Positions 25,410-37,300 of a DNA stretch of 64,000 bases are shown piece by piece. The notes under the pieces were generated by a model. The model did no database searches and had not been told where the DNA came from. It was given only the letters and a program-made list of their open reading frames with translations. Each line of letters starts with the position of its first letter. Positions within the stretch are counted from its first letter, which is position 1. The DNA is from Chiloscyllium plagiosum (lineage: Eukaryota). The stretch spans positions 14,644,602-14,708,601 of the forward strand of contig NC_057720.1 in assembly GCF_004010195.1 (NCBI RefSeq), read 5' to 3'. Both the position numbers and the translations under genes were made by a program.

Positions 25410-27385
25410 ATGCAACAAGAACATTTCTATGGAGTAGAAACTGTGAATTCATAGCTGACTGTAGCTTACAGCAAAGCCCTCTTTGCGACAAATGATGGAT
25501 ACTTTCCAGCCTTTTACTGCAGTCTGTGCCATCTGTAGTCCTCCAAATTCATTCACGCAACTGAAGCTTCCTGAAAGAACAACAGCACAGTGAGAAGTGG
25601 CAACTTTGAATCATTCACCTTCAGGACCATTGGGAAAATGTTTTTGTTTTGTCCTATGTATATCTTTGATTTCTTCTGCAGTGCTCAGTCTGGCTGATGC
25701 CAAGATTTACCAGTGTAAATTTGCACTGTTAGTTCTTGGCAAATGCACTATAGAAACTCTTCTTTCTATAGTCCGTTCACTTTATAAATTGTAATTATTG
25801 CCTTAATTAGGAGAGGGTGTTGCTAGAATCATTCCTTGGGCTGAATTGAGAACTGTTCTTTTTTCTCTATGCCACATTACCACTTCAGTTTGAGGTGCTA
25901 TCAGCTGATGATACTACAGTATGGTCTCACCTAGCATAAGGCAGCTACTGTCTTGACTGCTGATAATAAAAATAATTACTGTGTGTGGCCAAACAATGTG
26001 CATTTTAAACAAACTGATTATCCTGCACAATATTTGGTCCCAGATAATGATTTTAAAAGCTAGTTTGATGCCTTACCTTAATGTTGTAAATTTTCATTGT
26101 ATTTATTATGTAGAATTGCAATATGCCTTAACATTGTGAGAGAGCACCAAGTGCTTCCAGACATTTTTTTTGCAGGTACTGAAAGCCTACCAAAGCCACT
26201 TGCCAAACAGTGACGTCGCCTCCCTGCTCCTGGAATTATATGTAAAATGTTGGGCGCAGCCTATTCAGTTCACGAAGAGGAGAAAGTCGGTGTTTTTTTT
26301 TTACATGTTTTGTCTGTAAGTTTTGGGTCTTTAAGTGTGAAGAACTAGTCATTGAGATTCTGCTGTTTCTCTCACTTCTGAAATTTCAGTAACCAAGATT
26401 ATTATTTTTGATGTACCATGATCAAAGAACACAGGATTCTATAGTTTGTATACCATTTAGTCAGTGGGTCATTTCTTCTTATCTGCTGTACATGACGACA
26501 ATACTCTCAGCTTCTATGTTTTTATGGAAATGTATATGTGCTGTCAATGTACGTTTGATATAGTATTTTAGTTTACATTCACACACGATTTATAATGTTC
26601 ACATTTAATACACGGTGGCCATGTGAAAATGTGTTTTTTAAGTGTAGCTGGTCAATATGATTTCTAACTGGGCCATCACAATGCATGGATCATGCTATGA
26701 CTCAGCTACCCTCTACATTCTGTTAATAATGGTTTGTATATTTTAAGTTTAAAAAAAACCCCTTTTTGCTAACCACAGCAGGCCCCATGTCAAAAACTGC
26801 ACTAATAGCAACCACATAAGCTACTGTTACCCATTCCTCGTTGCTTACCCTGTCCTTTTATGTCACAAAGATGGCAATAGCAATAAATACTACAATATTT
26901 CAAACAGCAAATGTACATTTTTATAAAGACCAGTACATGTAAATAAGCAGGATTAATAAATGAAAGTTTTAAATAGTTTTTTAAAAAAGTAAACGGCTAG
27001 AGAGGTCTGTTTCCAAAGTGTATAGAAAGAAGAAACTTTTTTTTTAAAAAAAGAGAAAATTAAATCACTAATGTGTGTTAGAGGGCAGGGTGGAAGTACA
27101 GAGATGAGCTCAAAAGCACTAATTTTATCTCTGACATTTTTTAAACAAATGTTTTAGTCTAATTTCAAATTGAGAATATTTTACATTGTACAATATATAT
27201 TCATTATAAAGTGGCTGCTTAAGAACTTTGTAAGGAAATAAGAAGGCATGTTTTGGAATGGTACAATACTATGCATTTACATGTGCCCAGCAGAGTACTG
27301 TATATGGTTGAGAAACACTGAAAAGGGTTTTGCAGTCAATACGTATAAATGCACAAAATTAAAACCTTTTAAGTAGGGTCTGTTT
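25410..27385 (+). other. PKN2: Probable PKN2 3' UTR with alternative poly(A) signals
   Basis: Repeat-free and AT-rich; AATAAA at 26882 and 26955; ATTAAA at 27358 followed by a GT-rich tract. Confidence 0.6.
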
Positions 27386-27624
27386 GTTCTAGTGTCCTCT
27401 TTTTGTATTCCTACATTACCAATCTCTCCTTAAATCTGATTTTTAAAAAAATTATTCCTCCTTTCTAGTCTGCCGTCGTATAGATTTTGCATTACACATG
27501 GATACCCAGTGGGTGGAGCCACCTCCAGCACTCTGTCCAATTAATTCTCAGTCTCCCTGTTGCTTATTTTCCCAAAGCCCCTCAGTTTGAGCACATTTTC
27601 GCCTGCTTAAGGGTTGATTGTAAA

Positions 27625-27756
27625 CAAAAAAGAAGAGAACTGTAGTTGCTGCAAATTAGAAACAAAAACAGAAGTTACTGGAAAGGCTCAGCAGATCTGA
27701 TTTCTCTTCATGAATGCTACCAGACCTGCTGCACTTGTCCAGCAACTTCTGTTTTT
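27625..27756. repeat. Degenerate PLE-derived inverted-repeat element
   Basis: AAAAACAGAAGTTACTGGA ... TCCAGCAACTTCTGTTTTT. Confidence 0.7.
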
Positions 27757-28567
27757 AAAGGTTGATTGTCTTGTTCAAAGCTCTGTCAATGAACTTATTC
27801 AAGGCTGAGATCTGTTGATACTATGGCTGTGAGATTGAAGTGCAGGGGCATAGGGTGGGAAAGCTGAGTCAGTGTAGAAACTCGATATCTTAATGTGGGA
27901 ATATAACCGACTGCTGTTTTCTGCATTCATGATTCAGTACCAAACCTGTGGAAGGTTAGAATATATAGCATTCTTGGTGTTTCCCATCAACATTCAAGAG
28001 TTCTGCAATGTACTCATGCAACATGCAATCTATCAGTATTTGAAACGTTATGTCTTGCATGTTTTCTTTTTCATTGTAACTGAAAGAAAGCTTTCCTTAA
28101 TTTCTGCTCTCACTCATGTCACCCATGATAGGAATTATTTTAATTTTTCAGAATCCAGAAATGATGACTTCGAGCAAAGTAACAAGAGAACTGCTATCAT
28201 TGTGTCTACACCAATTGAGCTGTCTTTGTAGAATCTGCACCAATTTGCATTTACATTGTGCTTGCTAAACTGGAAAGTTTGCCTTGGCACTTTAAACGTG
28301 TAATCTGACAAATTAGTAAGTCAAATGTAGCTATTAGGGCTGACTAAAGGCTTCTAAAAGATACTGGTTTTAATAAATCCCTACAAGAAAGGGAAGCGAG
28401 ATTTAGAGTAGTGATTTCATGGCCTTTTAGGCCCACAGCCAAAGGCACAGTTGCCATTAGTCTACCAAATGGATTTCATGTTGATGCACAAAACTGAAGT
28501 AGGCCATTTGGCCCAAATTGTCAATGCCAGTATCCGTACTGAATCCAAATCAGTTCCCACTCTACTT

Positions 28568-28805
28568 TGTCAGCACTGTTGCCTCTCAGCACCAGGAACC
28601 CAGGTTCGATTCCAGCCTCCGGTGGCTGTCTGTGTGGAGTTTGCATGTTCTCCCTGTGTCTGCATGGGTTTCCTCCCACAGTTCAAAGGTGTGCAGATCA
28701 GGTGAATTGGATGTGGTAAATTGCTTGTAGTGTTAGGTCTATTAGTCAGGGGTAAATGTAGGGAGATAGGTCTGGATGGATTACTCTTTGGAGGGTCGGT
28801 GTGGA
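28568..28805 (+). mobile_element. V-SINE (HE1-like), truncated
   Basis: B box GGTTCGATTCC and V-domain TGTGTGGAGTTTGCATGTTCTCCC. Confidence 0.85.
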
Positions 28806-28921
28806 ATCTAATCTGCGCATCCTGTTTACTACTTAGCATGGATATATTTAAAGGGAAGTTATTTGTCTCTACTACTCTCATATCAAGTTCCATGTCATCA
28901 TCACTGTTTGGCTGAAAATGG

Positions 28922-31900
28922 TTTTAGAGTCATAGAGTCCTAGAGATGTACAGCATGGAAACAGACCCTTCAGTCCAACCCATCTGTGCTGACCAGATAT
29001 CCCAACCCAATCTAGTCCCACCTGCCAGCACCCGGCCCATATCCCTCCAAACCCTTCCTGTTCATATACCCATCCAAATGCCTCTTAAATGTCTCAATTT
29101 TACCAGCCTCCGACACTTCCTCTGGCAGCTCATTCCATACACATACCACCCATGTGTGAAAAGGTTGCCCCGTAGGTCTCTTTTATATCTTTCCCCTCTC
29201 ACCTTAAACCTATGCCCTCGAGTTCTGGACTCCCTGACCCCAGAGAAAAGACTTTGGTTATTTACTCTATCCAGCATCTTATAATTTTGTAAACCTCTAT
29301 AAGGTCATCCCTCAGCCTCCAATGCTCCAGGGAAATACTGCCCCAGCCTGTTCAGCCTCTCCCTATAGCTCAAATCCTCCAACCCTGGCAACATCTTTTA
29401 TAATCTTTTCTGAACTCGCACCTCGCATTTGTCTGAATTAAACTCCATCTGCCACTTCTCAGCCCATTGGCCCATCTGGTCCAGATCCTGTTGTAATCTG
29501 AGATAACCCTCTTCAATGTCCACTACACCTCCAATTTTGGTGTCATCTGAAAACTTACTAACTGTACCTCTTATGCTTGCATCCAAATCATTTATGTCAA
29601 TGACAAAAAGTAGACGACCCAGCACCGATCCTTGTGGTACTCCACTGGTTACAGGCCTCCAGTCTGAAAAACTACCCTCCAGTACCACCCTCTGTCTTCT
29701 ACCTTTGAGCCAGTTCTGTATCCAAATGGCTAGTTCTCCCTGTATTCCATGAGATTTAACCTTGCTAATCAGTCTCCCATAGGGAACCTTGTCGAACGCC
29801 TTACTGAAGCCCATATGGATCACATCTACTGCTCTGCCCTCATCAATCCTCTTTGTTACTTTCTCAAAAAACTCAATCAAGTTTGTGAGACATGATTTCC
29901 CACGCACAAAGCCATGTTGACTATCCCTAATCAGTCCTTGCCTTTCCAAATAAGTGTACATCCTGTCCCTCAGGATTCCCTCCAACAACTTGCCCATCAC
30001 TGATGCCAGGCTCACTGGTCTATAGTTCCCTGGCTTGTCCTCAGCACCCTTCTTAAACAGTGGCACCACGTTAGCCAACCTCCAATCTTCCGGCACCTCA
30101 CCTGTGACGATGAATGATACAAATATCTCAACAAGAGGCCCAGCAACACTTCTCTAGCTTCCCACAGAGTTCTAGGGTACACCTGATCAGGTCCTAGGGA
30201 TTTATCCACTCTTTACCCATTTCAAGGCAACCAGCACTTCCTCCTCTGTAATCTGGACATTTTGCAAGATGTCACCATCTATTTCCCTACAGTTTATTTC
30301 TACCATATTCTTTTCCACAGTAAATACTAATGTAAAGTACTCATTTAATATCTCCCCCATTTTCTGCAGCTCCACACAAAGGTTGCCTTGCTGATCTTTT
30401 GAGTGCCCCTATTCTCTCCCGCGTTATCCTTTTGTCCTTAATATATTTGTAAAAACCCTTTGGATTCTCCTTAATTCCATTTGCCAAAGCTATCTCATGT
30501 CCCCTTTTTGCCCTCCTGATTTCCCTCTTAAGTATACTCCTAATTCCTTTATACTCTTCTACGGATTCACTCGATCTATCCTGACTATAGCTTACATATG
30601 CTTCCTCCTCTTTCTTAACCAAACCCTCGATTTCTTTAGTCATCCAGCATTCCCTATACCTACCAGCCTTTCCTTTCACCCTAACAGGAATATACTTTCT
30701 CTGGATCCTCTATCTCATTTCTGAAGGCTTCCCATTTTCCAGTCCTCCCTTTACCTGCGAACATCTGTCCCCAATCAGCTTTCGAAAGTTCTTGCCTAAT
30801 ACTGTCAAAATTGGCCTTTTTCCAATTTAGCACTTCAACTTTTAGATCTGGTCTATCCTTTTCCATCACTATTTTAAATCTGATAGAATTATGGTCGCTG
30901 GCCCCAAAGTGCTCCCACACTGACACCTCAGTTACCTGCCCTGCCTTATTTCCCAAGAGTAGGTCAAGTTTTGCACCTTCTCTAGTAGGTACATCCACAT
31001 ACTGAAACAAAATTGTCTTGTACGCACTTAACAAATTCCTCTCCATCTAAACCCTTAACATTATGGTAGTCCCAGTCTGTGTTTGGAAAGTTAAAATCCC
31101 CTACCATAACCACCCTATTATTCTTACAGATAGCTGAGATCTCCTTACAAGTTTGTTTCTCAATTTCCCTCTTGACCATTAGGGGGTCTATAATACAATC
31201 CTAATAATCTTATCATTGCTTTCTTATTTCTCAGTTCCACCCAAATAGCTTCCCTGGATGTATTTCTGGGAATATCCTCCCTCAGCCACAGCTGTAATGC
31301 TATCTCTTATCAAAAATGCCACTCCCCCTCCTCTCTTGCCTCCATTTCTATCCTTCCTGTAGCATTTGTATCCTGGAACATTAAGCTGCCAGTCCTGTCC
31401 ATCCCTGAGCCATGTTTCTGTAATTGCTGATAGCCCAGTCCCATGTTCCTAACCATCCTGAGTTCATCTGCCTGACCTTGCATTGAAATAAATGCAGTTT
31501 AATTTATTAGTCCTACCTTGTCCCTGCCTGCCCTGACTGTTTGTTTGAGTCACTTCTGTTCTCAACTGTACCAGTCTCTGACCTCTTTCCTCACCATCTC
31601 TCTGGGTCTCAAACCACTTGTTCTCCCCCCCCAACACACACTCTCTCTACCAGTTTAAATCCTCCCAAGCAGCTCTAGCAAATTTCCCTGCCAGTATATT
31701 AGTCCCCTTCCAATTTAGGTGCAATCTGTCCTCCTTGTACAGCTCAATTCTACCTCAAAAGAGATTCCAACAATGCAAAAATGTGAATTCTTCTCCCATA
31801 TACCAGCTCCTCAGCTATACATTCATCTGCTCTATCCTCCTATTCCTGCCCTCACTAGCTTGTAGCACCGGGGGTAATCCAGATATTACTATTCTCGAGG

Positions 31901-32636
31901 ACCTCCTTTTTTTAAATTCCTGCCAAACTCTCTGAATGGAGGTTACAGAATCTCAACCTTTTCCCTTGCTATGTCATTGGTTCCAATGTGGACAATGACC
32001 TCTTGCTGGCCCCTCTCCACCTTGAGAACATTCTGCACCCTCTCTCAGACATCCTTGATCCTGGCACCAGAGAAGCAACACACTAGTCTGAGTTTTCACA
32101 GCTGGCCACAGAATCGTCTGTCTGTACCTCGGACTAGAGAGTCCCCTAATATAGTTGATCTCTTGGAACCCGACGTACCTCTCATTGTAGAGCCCAGTCT
32201 TAATACCAGAAACTTGGCTGTTCGTGCTACATTCCCCTGAAAATCCATCACCCCCTACATTTTCCAAAACAGCAAACTTGTTTGAGATGGGGATAGCCAC
32301 AGAAGACTCTTGAACTAACTGCCATCCTCTCTTACCTTTCCTGAATTTAACCCATCTGTGACTGAATCTGTGACTTTTTCCCCCTTTCTATAACTGCCAT
32401 CCATCATATACCGTTGCTGTTGCAAATTCCTCATTGCCTCAACCTGTCTCTTCAACCGATCGTTTCGATCTGATAGGATTAGCAACCAACAGCATTTATT
32501 GCACATATAATCCACAGTAGCCCATAAACTCTCCTTAAACTCCCACAATCTGACAAGAACATATCACTCTACGAAAGGCCATTTTTGCTCCTTCACAATC
32601 CATGAACCCAGAAAGTAACACCGTCTTATTCCTCTA
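28922..32636 (-). mobile_element. Near full-length CR1 LINE: ORF1 (Cys-rich N-terminus plus SGNH esterase) and ORF2 (EN+RT); frameshifted, with an internal deletion near 29417
   Basis: ORF1 MWE..DYMCNKC and VIVHIGTNDI; endonuclease VGDFNFP..SDHN; RT ORF 29398-30096 with GVPQGSVLG and FSDDTK; 3' tail (TAGAGTCA)n at ~28924. Confidence 0.93.
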
Positions 32637-32637
32637 C

Positions 32638-33856
32638 AAGAACATAGAACAATACAGCACAGAACAGGCCCTTTGGCCCACGATGTTGTGCTGAACATTT
32701 GTCCTAGCTTAAGCACCTACTTTGTACCTATCCAATTGCTGCTTAAAGGTCACCAATGATTCTGACTCTGCCACTCCCACAGGCAGCGCATTTCATGCCC
32801 CCACCACTCTCTGGGTAAAGAACCTACCCCTGACATCCCCCTATACCTTCCACTCTTCACCTTAAATTTATGTCCCTTCGTAACACTCCGTTGTACCCGG
32901 GGGAAAAGTCTCTGACTATCTACTCTATCCCCCTGATCATCTTATAAACCTCTAGCAAGCCACCCCTCATCCTTCGCCGTTCCTATGAGAAAAGGCCCAG
33001 CACTCTCAACCTATCCTCGTACGACCTATTCTCCATTCCAGGCAACCTTCTGGTAAATCTCTGCACCCTCTCCAAAGCTTCCACATCTTTCCTAAAGTGA
33101 GGTGACCAGAACTGCACACAGTACTCCAAAGGTGGCCTTACCAAGATTCTGTACAGCTGCAACATCACCTCACGACTCTTGAATTCAATCCCTCTGCTGA
33201 TGAACGCTAAAACACCATAGGCCTTCTTAGAAGCTCTATCCACCTGCGTGGCAACTTTCAAAGAGCTATGAACTTGGACCCCAAGATCCCTCTGCTCCTC
33301 CACCTTAAGAACCCTACTGTTAACCCTGTATTCCGCATTCTTATTTGTCTTTCCAAAATGGACAACCTCACACTTGACAGGGTTGAACTCCATCTGCCAC
33401 TCCTCAGCCCAGCTCTGCATCATATCTAAGTCCTTTTGCAGCCGACAACAGACCTCCTCAGTATCCTCAACTCCACCAATCTTCGTATCATCTGCAAATT
33501 TACTGACCCAACCTTTGACTCCCTCTTCTAAGTCATTAATAAAAATTACAAATAGCTGAGGACCCAGAACTAATCCCTGCGGAACTCCACTTGTAACTGG
33601 GCTCCAGGCTGAATATTTACCATCTACCACCACTCTCTGACTTCGACCGGTTAGCCAGTTCTCTATCCAACTGGCCAAATTTCCCACTATCCCATGCCTC
33701 CTGACTTTCCACATAAGCCTACCATGGGGAACCTTATCAAATGCCTTACTAAAATCCATGTACACTACATCCACTGCTCTACCCTCATCCCCATGCTTGG
33801 TCACCTCAAAGAATTCAATAAGACTTGTAAGGCAAGACCTACCCCTCACAAATCTG
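32638..33856 (-). mobile_element. Young CR1 LINE 3' part, 5'-truncated at the satellite boundary
   Basis: Open RT frame FVRGRSCLTSLIEFF..GVPQG..FADDTK..LERVQR; tail (AGAACAT)n at ~32640. Confidence 0.93.
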
Positions 33857-34364
33857 TGCGCGAGAGAGAGAGAAAAACAAAACGAGAACGTGTGCGAGAC
33901 GGAGGGAGGGAGAGAGAAAGGGAGCGTGCACGTGAGAGAGAGAGGGAGCGCGTGTGTGAGAGAGAGAAGGGGGAGCATGCGCGAGAGAGAGGGGGGAAGC
34001 GCGTGCGAGAGAGAGGGAGAGAGCGCGCGCGAGGGGTAGAGAGAGAGAAAAAAAAGCACGAGAGAGAGAGAAACGAGCGCGCGTGAGAGAGAGGTGCGCA
34101 CTTCTCTCTCTCGTGCACACGCGCGCTTCTCTCTCTTCCACGCACACGCTCCTCTCGCTCGCGAGCGCGCGCTCCTGTCTCCTCTCCTCCCCTCTCACGC
34201 TCGTGCTCTCCTCTCTCTGTCACGCGCACTCTCCTCTCTCCCTCGCGCGCATGCGGTCCGCTCTCTCTCTTGTGCGCACGCTCCGCTCACCGTTCTCTCT
34301 CGCGCGCCTGCGCTCCTCTCTCTCTCATACGTGCGCGCACTCCTCTCTCTCTCGCACGCGCGCG
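33857..34364. repeat. Irregular GA/CG then CT/CG low-complexity flank of the satellite
   Basis: Purine-rich to ~34093 and pyrimidine-rich afterwards; the switch is at the palindrome GTGCGCAC. Confidence 0.9.
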
Positions 34365-37300
34365 CTCCTTCCTCTCTCGCGCGCGCGCGCTCCTTCCTCT
34401 CTCGCGCGCGCGCGCTCCTTCCTCTCTCGCGCGCGCGCGCTCCTTCCTCTCTCGCGCGCGCGCGCTCCTTCCTCTCTCGCGCGCGCGCGCTCCTTCCTCT
34501 CTCGCGCGCGCGCGCTCCTTCCTCTCTCGCGCGCGCGCGCTCCTTCCTCTCTCGCGCGCGCGCGCTCCTTCCTCTCTCGCGCGCGCGCGCTCCTTCCTCT
34601 CTCGCGCGCGCGCGCTCCTTCCTCTCTCGCGCGCGCGCGCTCCTTCCTCTCTCGCGCGCGCGCGCTCCTTCCTCTCTCGCGCGCGCGCGCTCCTTCCTCT
34701 CTCGCGCGCGCGCGCTCCTTCCTCTCTCGCGCGCGCGCGCTCCTTCCTCTCTCGCGCGCGCGCGCTCCTTCCTCTCTCGCGCGCGCGCGCTCCTTCCTCT
34801 CTCGCGCGCGCGCGCTCCTTCCTCTCTCGCGCGCGCGCGCTCCTTCCTCTCTCGCGCGCTCCTTCCTCTCTCGCGCGCTCCTTCCTCTCTCGCGCGCTCC
34901 TTCCTCTCTCGCGCGCTCCTTCCTCTCTCGCGCGCTCCTTCCTCTCTCGCGCGCTCCTTCCTCTCTCGCGCGCTCCTTCCTCTCTCGCGCGCTCCTTCCT
35001 CTCTCGCGCGCTCCTTCCTCTCTCGCGCGCTCCTTCCTCTCTCGCGCGCTCCTTCCTCTCTCGCGCGCTCCTTCCTCTCTCGCGCGCTCCTTCCTCTCTC
35101 GCGCGCTCCTTCCTCTCTCGCGCGCTCCTTCCTCTCTCGCGCGCTCCTTCCTCTCTCGCGCGCTCCTTCCTCTCTCGCGCGCTCCTTCCTCTCTCGCGCG
35201 CTCCTTCCTCTCTCGCGCGCTCCTTCCTCTCTCGCGCGCTCCTTCCTCTCTCGCGCGCTCCTTCCTCTCTCGCGCGCTCCTTCCTCTCTCGCGCGCTCCT
35301 TCCTCTCTCGCGCGCTCCTTCCTCTCTCGCGCGCTCCTTCCTCTCTCGCGCGCTCCTTCCTCTCTCGCGCGCTCCTTCCTCTCTCGCGCGCTCCTTCCTC
35401 TCTCGCGCGCTCCTTCCTCTCTCGCGCGCTCCTTCCTCTCTCGCGCGCTCCTTCCTCTCTCGCGCGCTCCTTCCTCTCTCGCGCGCTCCTTCCTCTCTCG
35501 CGCGCTCCTTCCTCTCTCGCGCGCTCCTTCCTCTCTCGCGCGCTCCTTCCTCTCTCGCGCGCTCCTTCCTCTCTCGCGCGCTCCTTCCTCTCTCGCGCGC
35601 TCCTTCCTCTCTCGCGCGCTCCTTCCTCTCTCGCGCGCTCCTTCCTCTCTCGCGCGCTCCTTCCTCTCTCGCGCGCTCCTTCCTCTCTCGCGCGCTCCTT
35701 CCTCTCTCGCGCGCTCCTTCCTCTCTCGCGCGCTCCTTCCTCTCTCGCGCGCTCCTTCCTCTCTCGCGCGCTCCTTCCTCTCTCGCGCGCTCCTTCCTCT
35801 CTCGCGCGCTCCTTCCTCTCTCGCGCGCTCCTTCCTCTCTCGCGCGCTCCTTCCTCTCTCGCGCGCTCCTTCCTCTCTCGCGCGCTCCTTCCTCTCTCGC
35901 GCGCTCCTTCCTCTCTCGCGCGCTCCTTCCTCTCTCGCGCGCTCCTTCCTCTCTCGCGCGCTCCTTCCTCTCTCGCGCGCTCCTTCCTCTCTCGCGCGCT
36001 CCTTCCTCTCTCGCGCGCTCCTTCCTCTCTCGCGCGCTCCTTCCTCTCTCGCGCGCTCCTTCCTCTCTCGCGCGCTCCTTCCTCTCTCGCGCGCTCCTTC
36101 CTCTCTCGCGCGCTCCTTCCTCTCTCGCGCGCTCCTTCCTCTCTCGCGCGCTCCTTCCTCTCTCGCGCGCTCCTTCCTCTCTCGCGCGCTCCTTCCTCTC
36201 TCGCGCGCTCCTTCCTCTCTCGCGCGCTCCTTCCTCTCTCGCGCGCTCCTTCCTCTCTCGCGCGCTCCTTCCTCTCTCGCGCGCTCCTTCCTCTCTCGCG
36301 CGCTCCTTCCTCTCTCGCGCGCTCCTTCCTCTCTCGCGCGCTCCTTCCTCTCTCGCGCGCTCCTTCCTCTCTCGCGCGCTCCTTCCTCTCTCGCGCGCTC
36401 CTTCCTCTCTCGCGCGCTCCTTCCTCTCTCGCGCGCTCCTTCCTCTCTCGCGCGCTCCTTCCTCTCTCGCGCGCTCCTTCCTCTCTCGCGCGCTCCTTCC
36501 TCTCTCGCGCGCTCCTTCCTCTCTCGCGCGCTCCTTCCTCTCTCGCGCGCTCCTTCCTCTCTCGCGCGCTCCTTCCTCTCTCGCGCGCTCCTTCCTCTCT
36601 CGCGCGCTCCTTCCTCTCTCGCGCGCTCCTTCCTCTCTCGCGCGCTCCTTCCTCTCTCGCGCGCTCCTTCCTCTCTCGCGCGCTCCTTCCTCTCTCGCGC
36701 GCTCCTTCCTCTCTCGCGCGCTCCTTCCTCTCTCGCGCGCTCCTTCCTCTCTCGCGCGCTCCTTCCTCTCTCGCGCGCTCCTTCCTCTCTCGCGCGCTCC
36801 TTCCTCTCTCGCGCGCTCCTTCCTCTCTCGCGCGCTCCTTCCTCTCTCGCGCGCTCCTTCCTCTCTCGCGCGCTCCTTCCTCTCTCGCGCGCTCCTTCCT
36901 CTCTCGCGCGCTCCTTCCTCTCTCGCGCGCTCCTTCCTCTCTCGCGCGCTCCTTCCTCTCTCGCGCGCTCCTTCCTCTCTCGCGCGCTCCTTCCTCTCTC
37001 GCGCGCTCCTTCCTCTCTCGCGCGCTCCTTCCTCTCTCGCGCGCTCCTTCCTCTCTCGCGCGCTCCTTCCTCTCTCGCGCGCTCCTTCCTCTCTCGCGCG
37101 CTCCTTCCTCTCTCGCGCGCTCCTTCCTCTCTCGCGCGCTCCTTCCTCTCTCGCGCGCTCCTTCCTCTCTCGCGCGCTCCTTCCTCTCTCGCGCGCTCCT
37201 TCCTCTCTCGCGCGCTCCTTCCTCTCTCGCGCGCTCCTTCCTCTCTCGCGCGCTCCTTCCTCTCTCGCGCGCTCCTTCCTCTCTCGCGCGCTCCTTCCTC

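Noticed and set aside
29398..30096. Stand-alone reverse transcriptase gene (retron/DGR-like or domesticated)
   Set aside because: It is part of a frameshifted CR1 ORF2 with endonuclease, ORF1 and 3' tail.
32983..34101. 372 aa protein with a hydrophobic Ser/Leu-rich N-terminus fused to RT
   Set aside because: The N-terminus is translated CT microsatellite running by chance into a truncated CR1 RT frame.
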